Positions 28,566-37,965 of a stretch of 64,000 bases of DNA are shown one piece after another (positions within the stretch are counted from its first letter, which is position 1; each line of letters opens with the position of its first letter). The notes beneath the pieces are model-generated. The model did no database searches, was not told the origin of the DNA, and saw nothing but the letters and a program-made list of their open reading frames with translations. The DNA is taken from positions 18,147 to 82,146 of the IMG/VR virus record IMGVR_UViG_3300049002_000006; one strand, given 5' to 3'. The stretch comes from a virus. The position numbers and the translations under genes were made by a program.

Positions 28566-29459
28566 TTACTCGAAGATGGATTGTTTGGCGTTCTTCCTTT
28601 GTGGCAGCAAGGACTTCATACCGTACCGGTCGCATAGTTTCCTGAAAGCCATCTTATCGAGTTTCGTCGGTCCGTCAACGATGCTCCGTTTGAAGTCATG
28701 GAGTGGAAAACCCTCGAACGGGATAGTCACCAGTCGCTTGAACAGCTTGAACTCCTCGGACTTGAAGAAGGCCCGGATCTTTTCAATCTTTACCGACCCG
28801 GGCTTTAGTTGGTTGCTGTAGAACAGACACGCGGTCGCTTCACCGATGCCCTTGCACCCTGGGATGTTGTCGGACGAGCATCCGGCCAGGGCTTTGACGG
28901 ATTTCCACCTGACGGGCAGGACTCCTTTGGACGAGATGAAAGAGGATGCCGTGACCATCTGTTCCTTGCTCGGGTGCCAGACCCCAACGTGGCCGTCGGC
29001 GAGTAATTGGTACATGTCCTCGTCGCCGCTGACGACCACAGCCTCGTCTAGTGGGTCCATCATTTTGCAGAATGCCCCGATCACGTCGTCGGCCTCGAAC
29101 CCGTCATAGGCGTAGATGTTTTCGTAGCCGAGATTCGGCAGGATCTGTCTTCTCAGGGTCGTTGTTGTCGCCCGGACCTCTTCAAGCTGTTGAGTTAGTT
29201 CCGGATCGGCCTCGGCCCGGTCGCGGCGGGCTTGCTTGTACCCTGGGTAGATGTCGAGCCGCTTCGGCTTGCCGTGGTCGAAACAGAATACGAAGCGGTT
29301 GCTATTGAACTTCCTTTCTAGCGTTTGCAGGTCTCGCAGGAAGCCGAACATGACACCGGTCTTGACGTGTTCGTACTCCAACCCTTTCATGGCGTGATAC
29401 GCACGGTAGGACAAATAGTTCACGTCCAGCAGAAGCCATACCTTTTTACTTCTGCTCAT
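28566..29459 (-). CDS. 5'-3' exonuclease (flap endonuclease)
   Basis: LLD.N...YR, YK..R, EADDVI, SGDED..QL, SDNIPG.KGIG. Confidence 0.92.
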   Translation of the reverse strand: MSRSKKVWLLLDVNYLSYRAYHAMKGLEYEHVKTGVMFGFLRDLQTLERKFNSNRFVFCFDHGKPKRLDIYPGYKQARRDRAEADPELTQQLEEVRATTTTLRRQILPNLGYENIYAYDGFEADDVIGAFCKMMDPLDEAVVVSGDEDMYQLLADGHVGVWHPSKEQMVTASSFISSKGVLPVRWKSVKALAGCSSDNIPGCKGIGEATACLFYSNQLKPGSVKIEKIRAFFKSEEFKLFKRLVTIPFEGFPLHDFKRSIVDGPTKLDKMAFRKLCDRYGMKSLLPQRKNAKQSIFE

Positions 29460-29704
29460 GCTCCACTTCCTTTCATTCGCGTACCGGCAACCCTAGGTAT
29501 AGGTTCTTCCGGCTTGAGGCAGATGACCAGAGTTGGCGGGCCGGCGAACTTCTTTTTACCGTCCACCTCTTCGACTAACGGAATAATGTTCCGTTCCGTT
29601 ATCGTCAACCGACGGCCGTCGGGCAGGACGAATACGACTGGTGAATTGGCTGCCAGGTCTTTAGTCACGATCTGTCGGAACTCGGCAGCGGTTAAGATGC
29701 TCAT
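29456..29704 (-). CDS. Hypothetical protein
   Basis: GGAGG RBS, ATG 29704. Confidence 0.5.
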   Translation of the reverse strand: MSILTAAEFRQIVTKDLAANSPVVFVLPDGRRLTITERNIIPLVEEVDGKKKFAGPPTLVICLKPEEPIPRVAGTRMKGSGA

Positions 29705-30465
29705 GGTCCCTCCCGTCCGTTGTCCACGAACGCCTTGTAGGTGATAGGCCATCCTTGTTTCAAGAAGTCTTCGACCATCCGAGCGGCGACCTCTATCTCG
29801 TGCAGTGGATAGCTGACGTGATTGGCCGTCTCGTCGTGCGTTCGGAGTGACAGGAAGGCCATCAGTGACCGTGGGTTGCATGTTACCCAGCAGGACGAGT
29901 AGATGCCGACGGGTAGGCAGTCGCGGGCGAGACCAGGGTCGAAACCCATGGACAGGTTATCCTCATAAATTCGGTAGCTGTGTTCGTAAGACGATTTTAG
30001 ATTCTCGACCAACTGTCCATACTGTCTTTCGGTTTGTCCGTTGTCAGTGCTACCTAATAGTTCTTTTCGTTGTTCGATGGTCAAGAACTTCGGCCGCCCA
30101 GGTTTCCAGGAATCGACTTTGAACATCGCACGATCTTTGGACGGAACATAGAAGACAGGATCGAGTTGCTTGTAACGCCCGCTCTCTTCGTTATAACTAA
30201 ATCCAATTCGGTGCCGGTGCCACTCTCGCCACACGAATATTGGAGCATGGACGAAGAACGTGATGGCAGAATGCTCAAATACCGAACCGTGTCTGTGCTT
30301 CATCACGTAATTAATGAGTCCTGGAACCTTAGTCGGGTCGGCTTTTGCTTTTGTTAAAGCCTCTGCCCCGTTTGTGCTGACCCAGGCCGCTCCGGCGATG
30401 ATGGCGTCCTCACCCATCGACTGGATGATTTTGACAGTAATTTCGGAAGTCAGTTTAATTTCCAT
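29701..30465 (-). CDS. thyX: Flavin-dependent thymidylate synthase
   Basis: H.SVFEH, RHRIGFSYNEESGRY, LAR..LP motifs. Confidence 0.95.
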   Translation of the reverse strand: MEIKLTSEITVKIIQSMGEDAIIAGAAWVSTNGAEALTKAKADPTKVPGLINYVMKHRHGSVFEHSAITFFVHAPIFVWREWHRHRIGFSYNEESGRYKQLDPVFYVPSKDRAMFKVDSWKPGRPKFLTIEQRKELLGSTDNGQTERQYGQLVENLKSSYEHSYRIYEDNLSMGFDPGLARDCLPVGIYSSCWVTCNPRSLMAFLSLRTHDETANHVSYPLHEIEVAARMVEDFLKQGWPITYKAFVDNGREGP

Positions 30466-30727
30466 TTGATTCTTCCTGTTCTACTATGTGAATAGCTCGA
30501 TCCAATGCGACACGAGCTTCCTTCAGGTCTTGTAGCTTGTTTCCCTTGCCACGAATTCCGGCACACAAGACCTTTTTGGCGCAATGGTCAAGGGCCGGAC
30601 TGGCAGTCGGGAATGCTTTCAGCACGCTATATACGTCTACTGTAATTGACGCATGATCGTCCGGAAGGCATGAGAATATCGTCCTGTGGTATTTACTCTT
30701 TCCGTGGTCGTTCGGTTGTTCAGCCAT
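30455..30727 (-). CDS. DUF3310-like small protein
   Basis: DVYSVL.AF...PAL.H..KK.LCAG.RGK....QDL.EA. Confidence 0.6.
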   Translation of the reverse strand: MAEQPNDHGKSKYHRTIFSCLPDDHASITVDVYSVLKAFPTASPALDHCAKKVLCAGIRGKGNKLQDLKEARVALDRAIHIVEQEESNGN

Positions 30728-31811
30728 ATCGATTTTTCCTTTTTACGATACACTGGTCTTCGATATCCCTCCAGGTCTTCGCTACGATTTGCTGGAGTTC
30801 GTCTTCTCTGCCTTGGAACTGGATCATTTCGACTAAGTCTTCCTTCGAACCTTTCGGAAAGTCGAACTCGGGGGCGATGACCTGATTCTCAGTGCCTTTC
30901 CAGTGTCCCTCGTCAATCAAGTAATTAATCATCCCGCCAATGTCGTCCACTCCGGCCGAATGATAGATCGGGATTTCCACCTGCCGCTTGCGGCCCGTCA
31001 ACCTATTCTTCTTGACCTTGACGACGGCCCGAATGCCCAACTCCCGGAACTTGCCGTTGACCTTGCCGGGCGTCTTGATCGTCTCTTTCGTTCCGGTCCA
31101 GATGACTGTATGAGCGTAGAACTTCAACGCCTTTCCACCACTTACGGACTTCTTGTTGTCACCCATGAGCATCGGACTACCGCCTACCACGTCATGGAGT
31201 TGGGCGATGATGATGAGGATAGACTTGGACTTGGCGATTTGAGTGGTGGCTAACACCCGCAACCGGTTGGCGTTCATCTTCGCCTTAGCCGTCCCGTAAC
31301 TGCCGGCCGCTTCTTCTTGTTCGCGACGGGCCTTCCTCTGTTTCTTGATCTTGGCGGCGTCCTCTCTCGGCAGCAGAGCGTCCATCGAGTCGAGGACTTT
31401 AATGAACGGACGACCGTCCTCAATATCCTCGTCCGTGCTGTCGTAGAAATCGTCCAGGAAAGACGAGTGGCGTTCCTCCACTCGCTTCGCCAAACTCGGG
31501 AAGAGTCGGCGAATGTCCATCAGGGCCGTACCGTATTCCGGGTCATCGTAGATTAGCCGGTAGTTTTTGAATTCAGGGTTGATACTCGCCTCGGCCAGAA
31601 TGGAGCGAGCTATGACGCTCTTTCCCGAGTCTGAATCGCCGGCCGCGAGTAAGTACGTGCCTTTGGCGATGCCCCCCGAAGGAGAGCCGCTGAGGGCCAT
31701 GTTAAGGCAGGTCGAAGACGTTGACAGCAAGTCTTTGTCTTTGAGTTTTGAAGGACGGTTTTTAACCTGCGGGGCCAGGAGTTGTTTACGAATCGTTTTG
31801 GTCTGAATCAT
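30720..31811 (-). CDS. recA: RecA/UvsX-like recombinase
   Basis: LN.ALSG, GDSDSGKS, VLDSMDAL, SGGKALKFYA, KKNR. Confidence 0.9.
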   Translation of the reverse strand: MIQTKTIRKQLLAPQVKNRPSKLKDKDLLSTSSTCLNMALSGSPSGGIAKGTYLLAAGDSDSGKSVIARSILAEASINPEFKNYRLIYDDPEYGTALMDIRRLFPSLAKRVEERHSSFLDDFYDSTDEDIEDGRPFIKVLDSMDALLPREDAAKIKKQRKARREQEEAAGSYGTAKAKMNANRLRVLATTQIAKSKSILIIIAQLHDVVGGSPMLMGDNKKSVSGGKALKFYAHTVIWTGTKETIKTPGKVNGKFRELGIRAVVKVKKNRLTGRKRQVEIPIYHSAGVDDIGGMINYLIDEGHWKGTENQVIAPEFDFPKGSKEDLVEMIQFQGREDELQQIVAKTWRDIEDQCIVKRKNRYG

Positions 31812-31831
31812 GGTGACTCTAGAAGTGGAGC

Positions 31832-31860
31832 GAAGGGTCCCTCAATTTGAGGGACCCTTC
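31832..31860. terminator. Perfect inverted repeat (terminator or processing hairpin)
   Basis: GAAGGGTCCCTCA-ATT-TGAGGGACCCTTC; no clear U-tract. Confidence 0.45.
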
Positions 31861-31867
31861 TAGATGA

Positions 31868-32266
31868 CTACCGAATCTTCTTCACACCGCCCGCACCGGA
31901 CGATCCGGACTTCGCCCGCGCGGCCGCAGTCATACCTGACACGACACCTTCCGGCGGCGGAGGGGTTTCCTCTTCCCGGATGTCAAAGAAGCTGACGCCG
32001 AGATTGGTCGCCGGCAGCGGGGCCTCGAAACTCGGGGCCGTGATGGAAAAACCCATCGACATCGTGGACTGTCCGTCCGCCCCGTACACGGTCACGTTGA
32101 ACGACAAGGACGTGAACGGCTCGACCCGCTCGATGGTAAACTCGGACATCTCCGACGGCAGTTCCCAGCTACTCGGGACGCCGTTGACCGTGTAGTCCAG
32201 GACCTGCTTCGTGACTTCGCCCGTCAGGGACCTGTTCCAAGTCAGCTTGGCCGATGCTACCTTCAT
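31868..32266 (-). CDS. Fibronectin type III-like protein
   Basis: LTW..S, F.VTV...DG, P.PATNL pattern. Confidence 0.5.
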   Translation of the reverse strand: MKVASAKLTWNRSLTGEVTKQVLDYTVNGVPSSWELPSEMSEFTIERVEPFTSLSFNVTVYGADGQSTMSMGFSITAPSFEAPLPATNLGVSFFDIREEETPPPPEGVVSGMTAAARAKSGSSGAGGVKKIR

Positions 32267-32293
32267 ACCACAACCCTCTTAGTGTTTTGGGCG

Positions 32294-32328
32294 AAAACGG
32301 CTAGACAGGAATCGCACCTGCCTAGCCG
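32294..32328 (-). terminator. Rho-independent terminator after the SSB gene
   Basis: Minus strand CGGCTAGGCAGG-TGCGATT-CCTGTCTAGCCG-TTTT. Confidence 0.55.
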
Positions 32329-32336
32329 GGGACTAA

Positions 32337-33749
32337 CTACTTCTTCACGACCTTCTTTTTCTTGGTCGGGGCCGGCTCTTCGACCTTCTTCACTTTCTTC
32401 TTGGGCTTCTTCTCTTCTTCCTCTTCGACCTCTTCCTCGTCATCGAAGGACGGGCCGTCGTCTTCCATATCGAGGTCGTCGTCCTCGGTGTCTTCCGAAG
32501 CAGCGTCGTCCTCGTCCTCTTCTGGGAATGGCGAATCATCTTCTTCCTCGGCCTCTTCTTCGACTTCTTCCTCTTCGATCAGTTTGGTCAGGTCCTCCAG
32601 GCGAAGCTGGAGTGTCTTGCCCTTGCTCTTGCCCTCCGTGACCTTGACCGTCGCAACGCCCTTCTTGACCTCCTTGACGATGCCCTTACCGCCCTTAGAG
32701 ACCTCCCACTCGACCTCGTCCTTCGGTTCGAGTTCTACTTCTTCGGACTCCTCGTCCGAATCATCCTCGGTTTCCTCTTCGCTGTCGTCAGTGTCTTCGG
32801 ACTCTTCACTTTCTTCCTCGTCCTCGGAATCCCCACTATCAGCGTCTTCGTCCGAATCTGCTTCGCTGTCGTCATCGGCTTCCTCCTCTTCTTCGATTTC
32901 TTCCTCTACCTCTTCGTCGTCTTTCGGCTTCTTCTTTTTGTCGGCTTTCTTGTCCTTCTTTCCGTCAGCGGGCTTGTCTTCCTGGCCCTTCTTCGGTGTG
33001 GCCAGGAACAGATCCATCAACTCATCATACTCCAAAGCCCCTTGTTCGACCAGATCATCGAGACACGGAGCGGTTTTGTACAGCTTCATGTCCAGGTCGT
33101 TCCGTTCCGCCGTTTCGATCTTGTCGGCCCGCAGGTAGGTAATCGATCCTCCGTCCGATGCGAAACTGTCTTTCACGAACCGGACCTTGAGTGTCCGACC
33201 TCCCTTCGGATGGAAGAACTTGTGGATCGGCGAATCCTCATCGGCCGATTCAAGTTCCGTCTTGAGCAGGGCTCCGAAGGACTTGTAATGAGCCGAGTCG
33301 AACAACTGGAGGCCGGCTTCTTTGTTCTGTCGGTCCCGGACGAGAAAAGCTTGCTGCACCTTGGGCTCTTGCTCCTTCAGAACGGCTTCGGAAACCCCGC
33401 TCCGGCGGGCCTTGGCAACCTCCTCACACACCGGACACGGCTTACCGAAGTTTTCCTTGAGGCAGACGACCTTTCTCTTCCTAGGTCCTACGTTCTTGTG
33501 GATCATGTACGTCCGCTCGAAGTGCCACGACCCTTCGTCGGCCTTCGGGTTGCCCTTACCGACCTTGAACGCGATGAAGTCGAGTTGGTAGACTTTCGCC
33601 TCTTTCGGTCGGAATACTGACATGCCTTCCGGGACCGCGATTGCCGGCGGCGAGGAGTCGTCGTACTGACTGGCCCACTTCTTGGTGTCTGTGAAGTTCA
33701 TCACTTCTTCGGTCTTCTGGACTTTCTTCTTGTCGGCCATGCGAATCAT
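32337..33749 (-). CDS. Single-stranded DNA-binding protein (gp32-like) with long acidic region
   Basis: H.NVG.....C.....GKPCPVCE Zn site; FFHP..G.TL; acidic C-half; between uvsY-like and recA. Confidence 0.75.
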   Translation of the reverse strand: MIRMADKKKVQKTEEVMNFTDTKKWASQYDDSSPPAIAVPEGMSVFRPKEAKVYQLDFIAFKVGKGNPKADEGSWHFERTYMIHKNVGPRKRKVVCLKENFGKPCPVCEEVAKARRSGVSEAVLKEQEPKVQQAFLVRDRQNKEAGLQLFDSAHYKSFGALLKTELESADEDSPIHKFFHPKGGRTLKVRFVKDSFASDGGSITYLRADKIETAERNDLDMKLYKTAPCLDDLVEQGALEYDELMDLFLATPKKGQEDKPADGKKDKKADKKKKPKDDEEVEEEIEEEEEADDDSEADSDEDADSGDSEDEEESEESEDTDDSEEETEDDSDEESEEVELEPKDEVEWEVSKGGKGIVKEVKKGVATVKVTEGKSKGKTLQLRLEDLTKLIEEEEVEEEAEEEDDSPFPEEDEDDAASEDTEDDDLDMEDDGPSFDDEEEVEEEEEKKPKKKVKKVEEPAPTKKKKVVKK

Positions 33750-33931
33750 TCCTTATGGTCGGGCGATTTTAGGACCTTGTTGAGTTCCCGGTAATAAGAC
33801 AGACGAGTCCCGAACCAGGCTTGGGCGATTGCCGACGTTACGGCGTATACGAGGACGTATACGCTGATGACTCCGGCACACAATCCTGCCAATGACAGGA
33901 CGGCAGCTAGAGCGTATTCCCAGGTCGTCAT
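33746..33931 (-). CDS. Small membrane protein
   Basis: Hydrophobic helix; GGAGG RBS. Confidence 0.5.
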   Translation of the reverse strand: MTTWEYALAAVLSLAGLCAGVISVYVLVYAVTSAIAQAWFGTRLSYYRELNKVLKSPDHKE

Positions 33932-34431
33932 TCCTCCATCCTGCCTTTCAGGTACAGCTTCTTTTCCTTTTTGGTTTCGAGCCTCCTTTTCACTTTCCGG
34001 TCCTCTGACGAGTTTTGGGCAACTCTCACACGCGGTTCGGCAAAGTAGTCTCTGGCCTCTAACTTCACCAGATTTTCCAGGGCGGTCTTTCTTTGCTCGA
34101 ACCCGTTCACTAGTGCTTCCAACATTTCGACTTTGTATTTTGCCTGGTTGTAGGCTTTTGTGGCCACTCGGACGCGTTTGTCTCTGGCGACGGCCGCTTC
34201 CGCCGTCTTCTCGGTCAACTTAGGAAGACGGTATCTAGTTGTCGGATTAGAATACACGTCCAGTGTCACGTCGGCCCTGACCACTTCTAAAGCCGCCTTT
34301 CTCTCGTCCCTCCGAAACTTGGCCAGGGCTAACTGGACCGCTGCATTATGGAACTGCTCTGCCTGGTCGAGCCATTCTTCGTCTAATTTATTCTGGTCAA
34401 TCGCCAGAGGCGATGTTAGTTGTTCGGCCAT
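33928..34431 (-). CDS. UvsY-like recombination mediator
   Basis: ID...LDEEW..Q, TE......V, FEQRK..LENLV.L....YF. Confidence 0.7.
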   Translation of the reverse strand: MAEQLTSPLAIDQNKLDEEWLDQAEQFHNAAVQLALAKFRRDERKAALEVVRADVTLDVYSNPTTRYRLPKLTEKTAEAAVARDKRVRVATKAYNQAKYKVEMLEALVNGFEQRKTALENLVKLEARDYFAEPRVRVAQNSSEDRKVKRRLETKKEKKLYLKGRMEE

Positions 34432-34434
34432 ACG

Positions 34435-34530
34435 TTTCCTTTAACGTCTAGAACGGCTTTAAACGGCCGATCATACGTCGGCCGGGCAAAATCATTGTCG
34501 CCGTAGCAAAGGCCGGGAAATCGACGTATA
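34435..34530. repeat. Dispersed quasi-palindromic element, copy A
   Basis: TTTCCTTT..CGTCTAGAAC-N10-GGCCGATC(34465)-N34-CAAAGGCC. Confidence 0.6.
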
Positions 34531-34536
34531 CGCAAT

Positions 34537-35499
34537 CTATTTGCCCTTGCTCGAAAGGGCTTGCGATGCCTCAAAGGCTGCAAGAACGAGACCGGCTTTG
34601 GCCGTGTCGAACAGATTGAACTGAAAAAACCTCATGATTAGAGCCGCTTTGCCCGATGAATGATCCGCTTTCAAACAGATAGTCGAGGCGATGGTCATAA
34701 CCGCCCGGCGAATGCCTTCCGGATCTTCATCGAACTTCTGGACTACAGGAGCGACGTTCGGCCACGTCGGAATGATCTTGTCCCAGCCCATTAGTCTACG
34801 GAACAGAGCGAAGGCGTTGGAGTTTTCTTCTTCTATGGTAATGACTGAAGATTGTTCTTTGCTCGGAAGTTCTCGGACTTTATCGAGAATGACCAGAGCC
34901 TGCCGGGCCGACCCTCTACTGGCTTCCGCAATTTGCTTTAGCACGTCTTCGGACACTTTTGCCTTTTCGGCCTTGACCACCTTCTTCATCAAAGACACCA
35001 GATCGTCCTGACTGATCGACTGAAATCGAACCGTCGTGCATCTGGTTTTGATAGCGTCGATCACCTTAGACGGATCGGACGCGGCCAGGAAAAAGTAAAC
35101 TCCTTTCGGAGTGTCTTCTAGAATCTTTAGGATGGCTTGCTGGGCGAAGCCGGCTTTCGACCACGCCTGAATCTCGTCCAGGTAATAGATTTTCGTTTTT
35201 CCGACTAACGGCTTCATGCCCATCTGCCGTTCGATCTTCCTGATCGTATCGATAGGACTGTCCACAATGGCGCAGTTGAGTTCCGTGTAGGCCGATTCAG
35301 AACATCCTAACATCTTTTTCAGAATCCTAGCTACCGTAGTCTTTCCAGTTCCGCTTGGGCCGGTGAGTAGAATTACTTGCGGTATTCGATTCTTGTTCGC
35401 CATAGACTGGAGGGCTTTCACGGCGGCCTGTTGGCCGGTCAATTCTGCCAAGGTCTTGGGCCGGTGCTTATGATATAGTCCGCCGGCTTCTTCTGCCAT
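34537..35499 (-). CDS. dnaX: Clamp loader, DNA polymerase III gamma/tau-like
   Basis: LY.KHRP, GPSGTGKTT, LDE, LKILED.P, I.TRC, GSARQAL. Confidence 0.85.
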   Translation of the reverse strand: MAEEAGGLYHKHRPKTLAELTGQQAAVKALQSMANKNRIPQVILLTGPSGTGKTTVARILKKMLGCSESAYTELNCAIVDSPIDTIRKIERQMGMKPLVGKTKIYYLDEIQAWSKAGFAQQAILKILEDTPKGVYFFLAASDPSKVIDAIKTRCTTVRFQSISQDDLVSLMKKVVKAEKAKVSEDVLKQIAEASRGSARQALVILDKVRELPSKEQSSVITIEEENSNAFALFRRLMGWDKIIPTWPNVAPVVQKFDEDPEGIRRAVMTIASTICLKADHSSGKAALIMRFFQFNLFDTAKAGLVLAAFEASQALSSKGK

Positions 35500-35687
35500 T
35501 ACTTATGCTCCTTTGTCCAGTCCTTCTTATCGGTGAATACGAACACCGAATACTGACACTGCTTACACCTGGCCGCCTTGTCTAGTTCCGATTCGTTCGT
35601 GGCGTGACACGACGGACACGTCCAAGTGAATAGCCAGGTCTCTAACTCACGGTCGTAGCACCGGATTTGACCTTCGACACGTTTCAC
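35499..35687 (-). CDS. Zn-ribbon protein
   Basis: CPSC...CKQC; GTG start. Confidence 0.5.
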   Translation of the reverse strand: MKRVEGQIRCYDRELETWLFTWTCPSCHATNESELDKAARCKQCQYSVFVFTDKKDWTKEHK

Positions 35688-35980
35688 GGCCAGTCCTTGT
35701 AAAAGACGCCCCCGGCCTTCGTCGTCGGCTCGACAATCTCCAGGGCCGCCATGCCGGGCAAGTCGCGGAGAACGGCCCATATCTCACTCGGCTTGATCTT
35801 GTCGGCCGTGTCGCGCTCGACTTGTGCTAGTATCCGGAAAGTGTCGATGATGTCGGCATCCGGAATCATCTTGACTAAGTCGATCCAGGACGCCCGATTG
35901 ACGTTCCGCCAGACCCGCATTTCGTACCCGAGGGCCTTGTACGGTCGAATGGTTTCGTAGGCGTCACCTTCGTGCTTCAC
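35684..35980 (-). CDS. Hypothetical protein
   Basis: GTGA-coupled ORF. Confidence 0.5.
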   Translation of the reverse strand: MKHEGDAYETIRPYKALGYEMRVWRNVNRASWIDLVKMIPDADIIDTFRILAQVERDTADKIKPSEIWAVLRDLPGMAALEIVEPTTKAGGVFYKDWP

Positions 35981-36375
35981 TCCGGTTCCGGTACGGCGTA
36001 AGTCTTGCAGGACACTTTGGACTCTTGGGCCATCCGGATCATCTTTCCGGTGCTCTTGCACTTTCCATTCGTGAACGCCACTAGGTAGTCCGCTCGGCAT
36101 ATCATTTCCTCGTTCCGTTGTTTGGCCGGGTAGTCCTCGGCCGTGTGCCAGACTTGGACTAGATACCAGTTCCGCCCCGCCCACTTCATGACTAGTTTGT
36201 TCGTGCCGACACTCGACCGGATCATGATAATTGGGTCGGCCAGTTTCGACAGGGCGTGATCCAGTTTCTGTCTCAGGTAGCTGTACGTCGGCCCCGGCTC
36301 CTGGCTAATTACTATTACCTTCTTTCTCGTCTCTTCCGGCCACCTGATTGTCGGTGGTGAAGGTCTTTCGTTCAT
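35977..36375 (-). CDS. SLOG-family (DUF2493/YspA-like) protein
   Basis: RNEEM...AD.LVAF..G..K.T..MI..A. Confidence 0.65.
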   Translation of the reverse strand: MNERPSPPTIRWPEETRKKVIVISQEPGPTYSYLRQKLDHALSKLADPIIMIRSSVGTNKLVMKWAGRNWYLVQVWHTAEDYPAKQRNEEMICRADYLVAFTNGKCKSTGKMIRMAQESKVSCKTYAVPEPE

Positions 36376-36559
36376 TGTCTTTACCGGTTTCTAGTGCGAG
36401 TTCCAATAGAGGGATGATACTTTCTTTTCCGCACGTCTCGACAATGTGAACTCCTTCTAGTCCGAATACTAGAGCGATGACAACGTGTTCTTCGATCGCT
36501 TCTTTGTCCAGGTCTTTAATCAAAGCTGACAGGGCTTTTGTGTATTCCTGATTTTTCAC
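36305..36559 (-). CDS. Hypothetical protein
   Basis: GTG start coupled to the polymerase stop. Confidence 0.45.
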   Translation of the reverse strand: MKNQEYTKALSALIKDLDKEAIEEHVVIALVFGLEGVHIVETCGKESIIPLLELALETGKDNERKTFTTDNQVAGRDEKEGNSN

Positions 36560-37965
36560 GCCGCGATCTCCATGGGGGCCTTCTCGTGCCACGACCTGCC
36601 CCGGGGGGCCACGTCCGCCTCGATTTCTAACGGGACGATAATCCAGCTGAAATGTTTACGGACTTCTTCGACCATTACTTTGTGACAGATCGCCAGCAGC
36701 TTCTTAACTTCGTCCTTGTGACAGTCGAACAGAATGGAATCGTGAATCTCTCCGACCATCAAGCACCGTTTCAGCCCGGCCTTCTCTAACTCTTCCAGAA
36801 TTCTGGGCATCGACCACAGGGCTAGATGGAAGGCCGACCCCTGGACCGGGATGTTGATGACTTGGTTGCGACGCATCGGGCTGTCACAACGAAACCCTGT
36901 CAGCAGGTCGAAGTAGCCACGTTCCAGATATTTATTATACCATTCCTTCTTCCATTTCGAGTAGACGGCGAAGCGTTCGTTCCAGAACTTCTTCTCCACT
37001 TGCTTGATATGGTATTCAAACGTGCCGGGCCGCGGGTCGCAATCTTCGAGGCACGCCCCCATAGATTTGATTCCGTTGCGAGCCAGGTGCTTTTCTAGAG
37101 GCACACCGCTATTGGTCGTGAGTTTGAGCTGGTCGATGGCGTGCCAAAGTGCTTTGGCACAGTCCACATAATAGCTTCCGTAGAACTGTGGGAAGACGTA
37201 CTTGTTTTTTGCGCAATATCTGGAATCTTTGCTAACTTCTTCCTTACTAAGCAGGTAGCACTCCATCGCCATGTCTCGGTGCATATCCGTCGTCTTGTCT
37301 TTGATGTATTTCAACAGGACCGGGTCCTTGTTGTAGCACGCCGAGACCTTGACCTCGATTCCGCCGTAATCGACTTCAACGATACAGTGATCCGGATGGC
37401 GTGGCTTGTAGCATCGCCGAACCATCTCGGCCAGTTTCTTATTTCTTACCGGCTGGTTCTGGAAGTTAGGCCGGCTACATCCGGACCTGTGGCTGAGAGA
37501 CAAATTGAGACTGTAGCCCGGATGCACGAACCCGTCGATCATTTCCCGCTTCAAGCCGTCGAGGTAAGTGGACTTGATCTTTAGGAGCTTTCGCAGGTCC
37601 TGGTATTTTTTCAGGAAAGGTAAGTCCGACGAGTCGAGTCTCGACAAGACCTCTTCTGTCATCTTCGGCTGGCCCGTCTTCGTCAACTCTCTCTGGTCGA
37701 TCTTAAATCCGAGGACGCCGTACAGGAGCTTACCGAATTGGGGCAGGCTGTTCAGGTTGGCCTTCTGCCCGAAGCGCTTCTTCCATTCTAACCAGACAGG
37801 ACTTCCTTTCAGAATGGCTTGCCTGATTTCAATCTTGTGGGCCATGCCCTTGATCGCTGATTCCAGGTAGTCCACGTCTACGGCGACTCCATTAAACTCT
37901 ATCTCGGCGAGAGCCCGTTGCCCACGATACAGGAGCTTGATCGCTTCTTTAGTATTCGGTTTCAC
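36556..37965 (-). CDS. DNA polymerase family A, polymerase domain only
   Basis: PNFQNQP; motif A DYGGIE; motif B RYCAKNKYVFPQFYG; N.PVQGSA; motif C IHDS. Confidence 0.92.
   Translation of the reverse strand: MKPNTKEAIKLLYRGQRALAEIEFNGVAVDVDYLESAIKGMAHKIEIRQAILKGSPVWLEWKKRFGQKANLNSLPQFGKLLYGVLGFKIDQRELTKTGQPKMTEEVLSRLDSSDLPFLKKYQDLRKLLKIKSTYLDGLKREMIDGFVHPGYSLNLSLSHRSGCSRPNFQNQPVRNKKLAEMVRRCYKPRHPDHCIVEVDYGGIEVKVSACYNKDPVLLKYIKDKTTDMHRDMAMECYLLSKEEVSKDSRYCAKNKYVFPQFYGSYYVDCAKALWHAIDQLKLTTNSGVPLEKHLARNGIKSMGACLEDCDPRPGTFEYHIKQVEKKFWNERFAVYSKWKKEWYNKYLERGYFDLLTGFRCDSPMRRNQVINIPVQGSAFHLALWSMPRILEELEKAGLKRCLMVGEIHDSILFDCHKDEVKKLLAICHKVMVEEVRKHFSWIIVPLEIEADVAPRGRSWHEKAPMEIAA

Noticed and set aside
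32298-32328. tRNA, from the T-arm-like GGTGCGATTCC on the - strand
   Set aside because: It is a single hairpin followed by a U-run, with no cloverleaf
32362-33138. Long Ser-rich + strand ORFs (also 49156..49935 and similar)
   Set aside because: These are antisense shadows of acidic - strand genes
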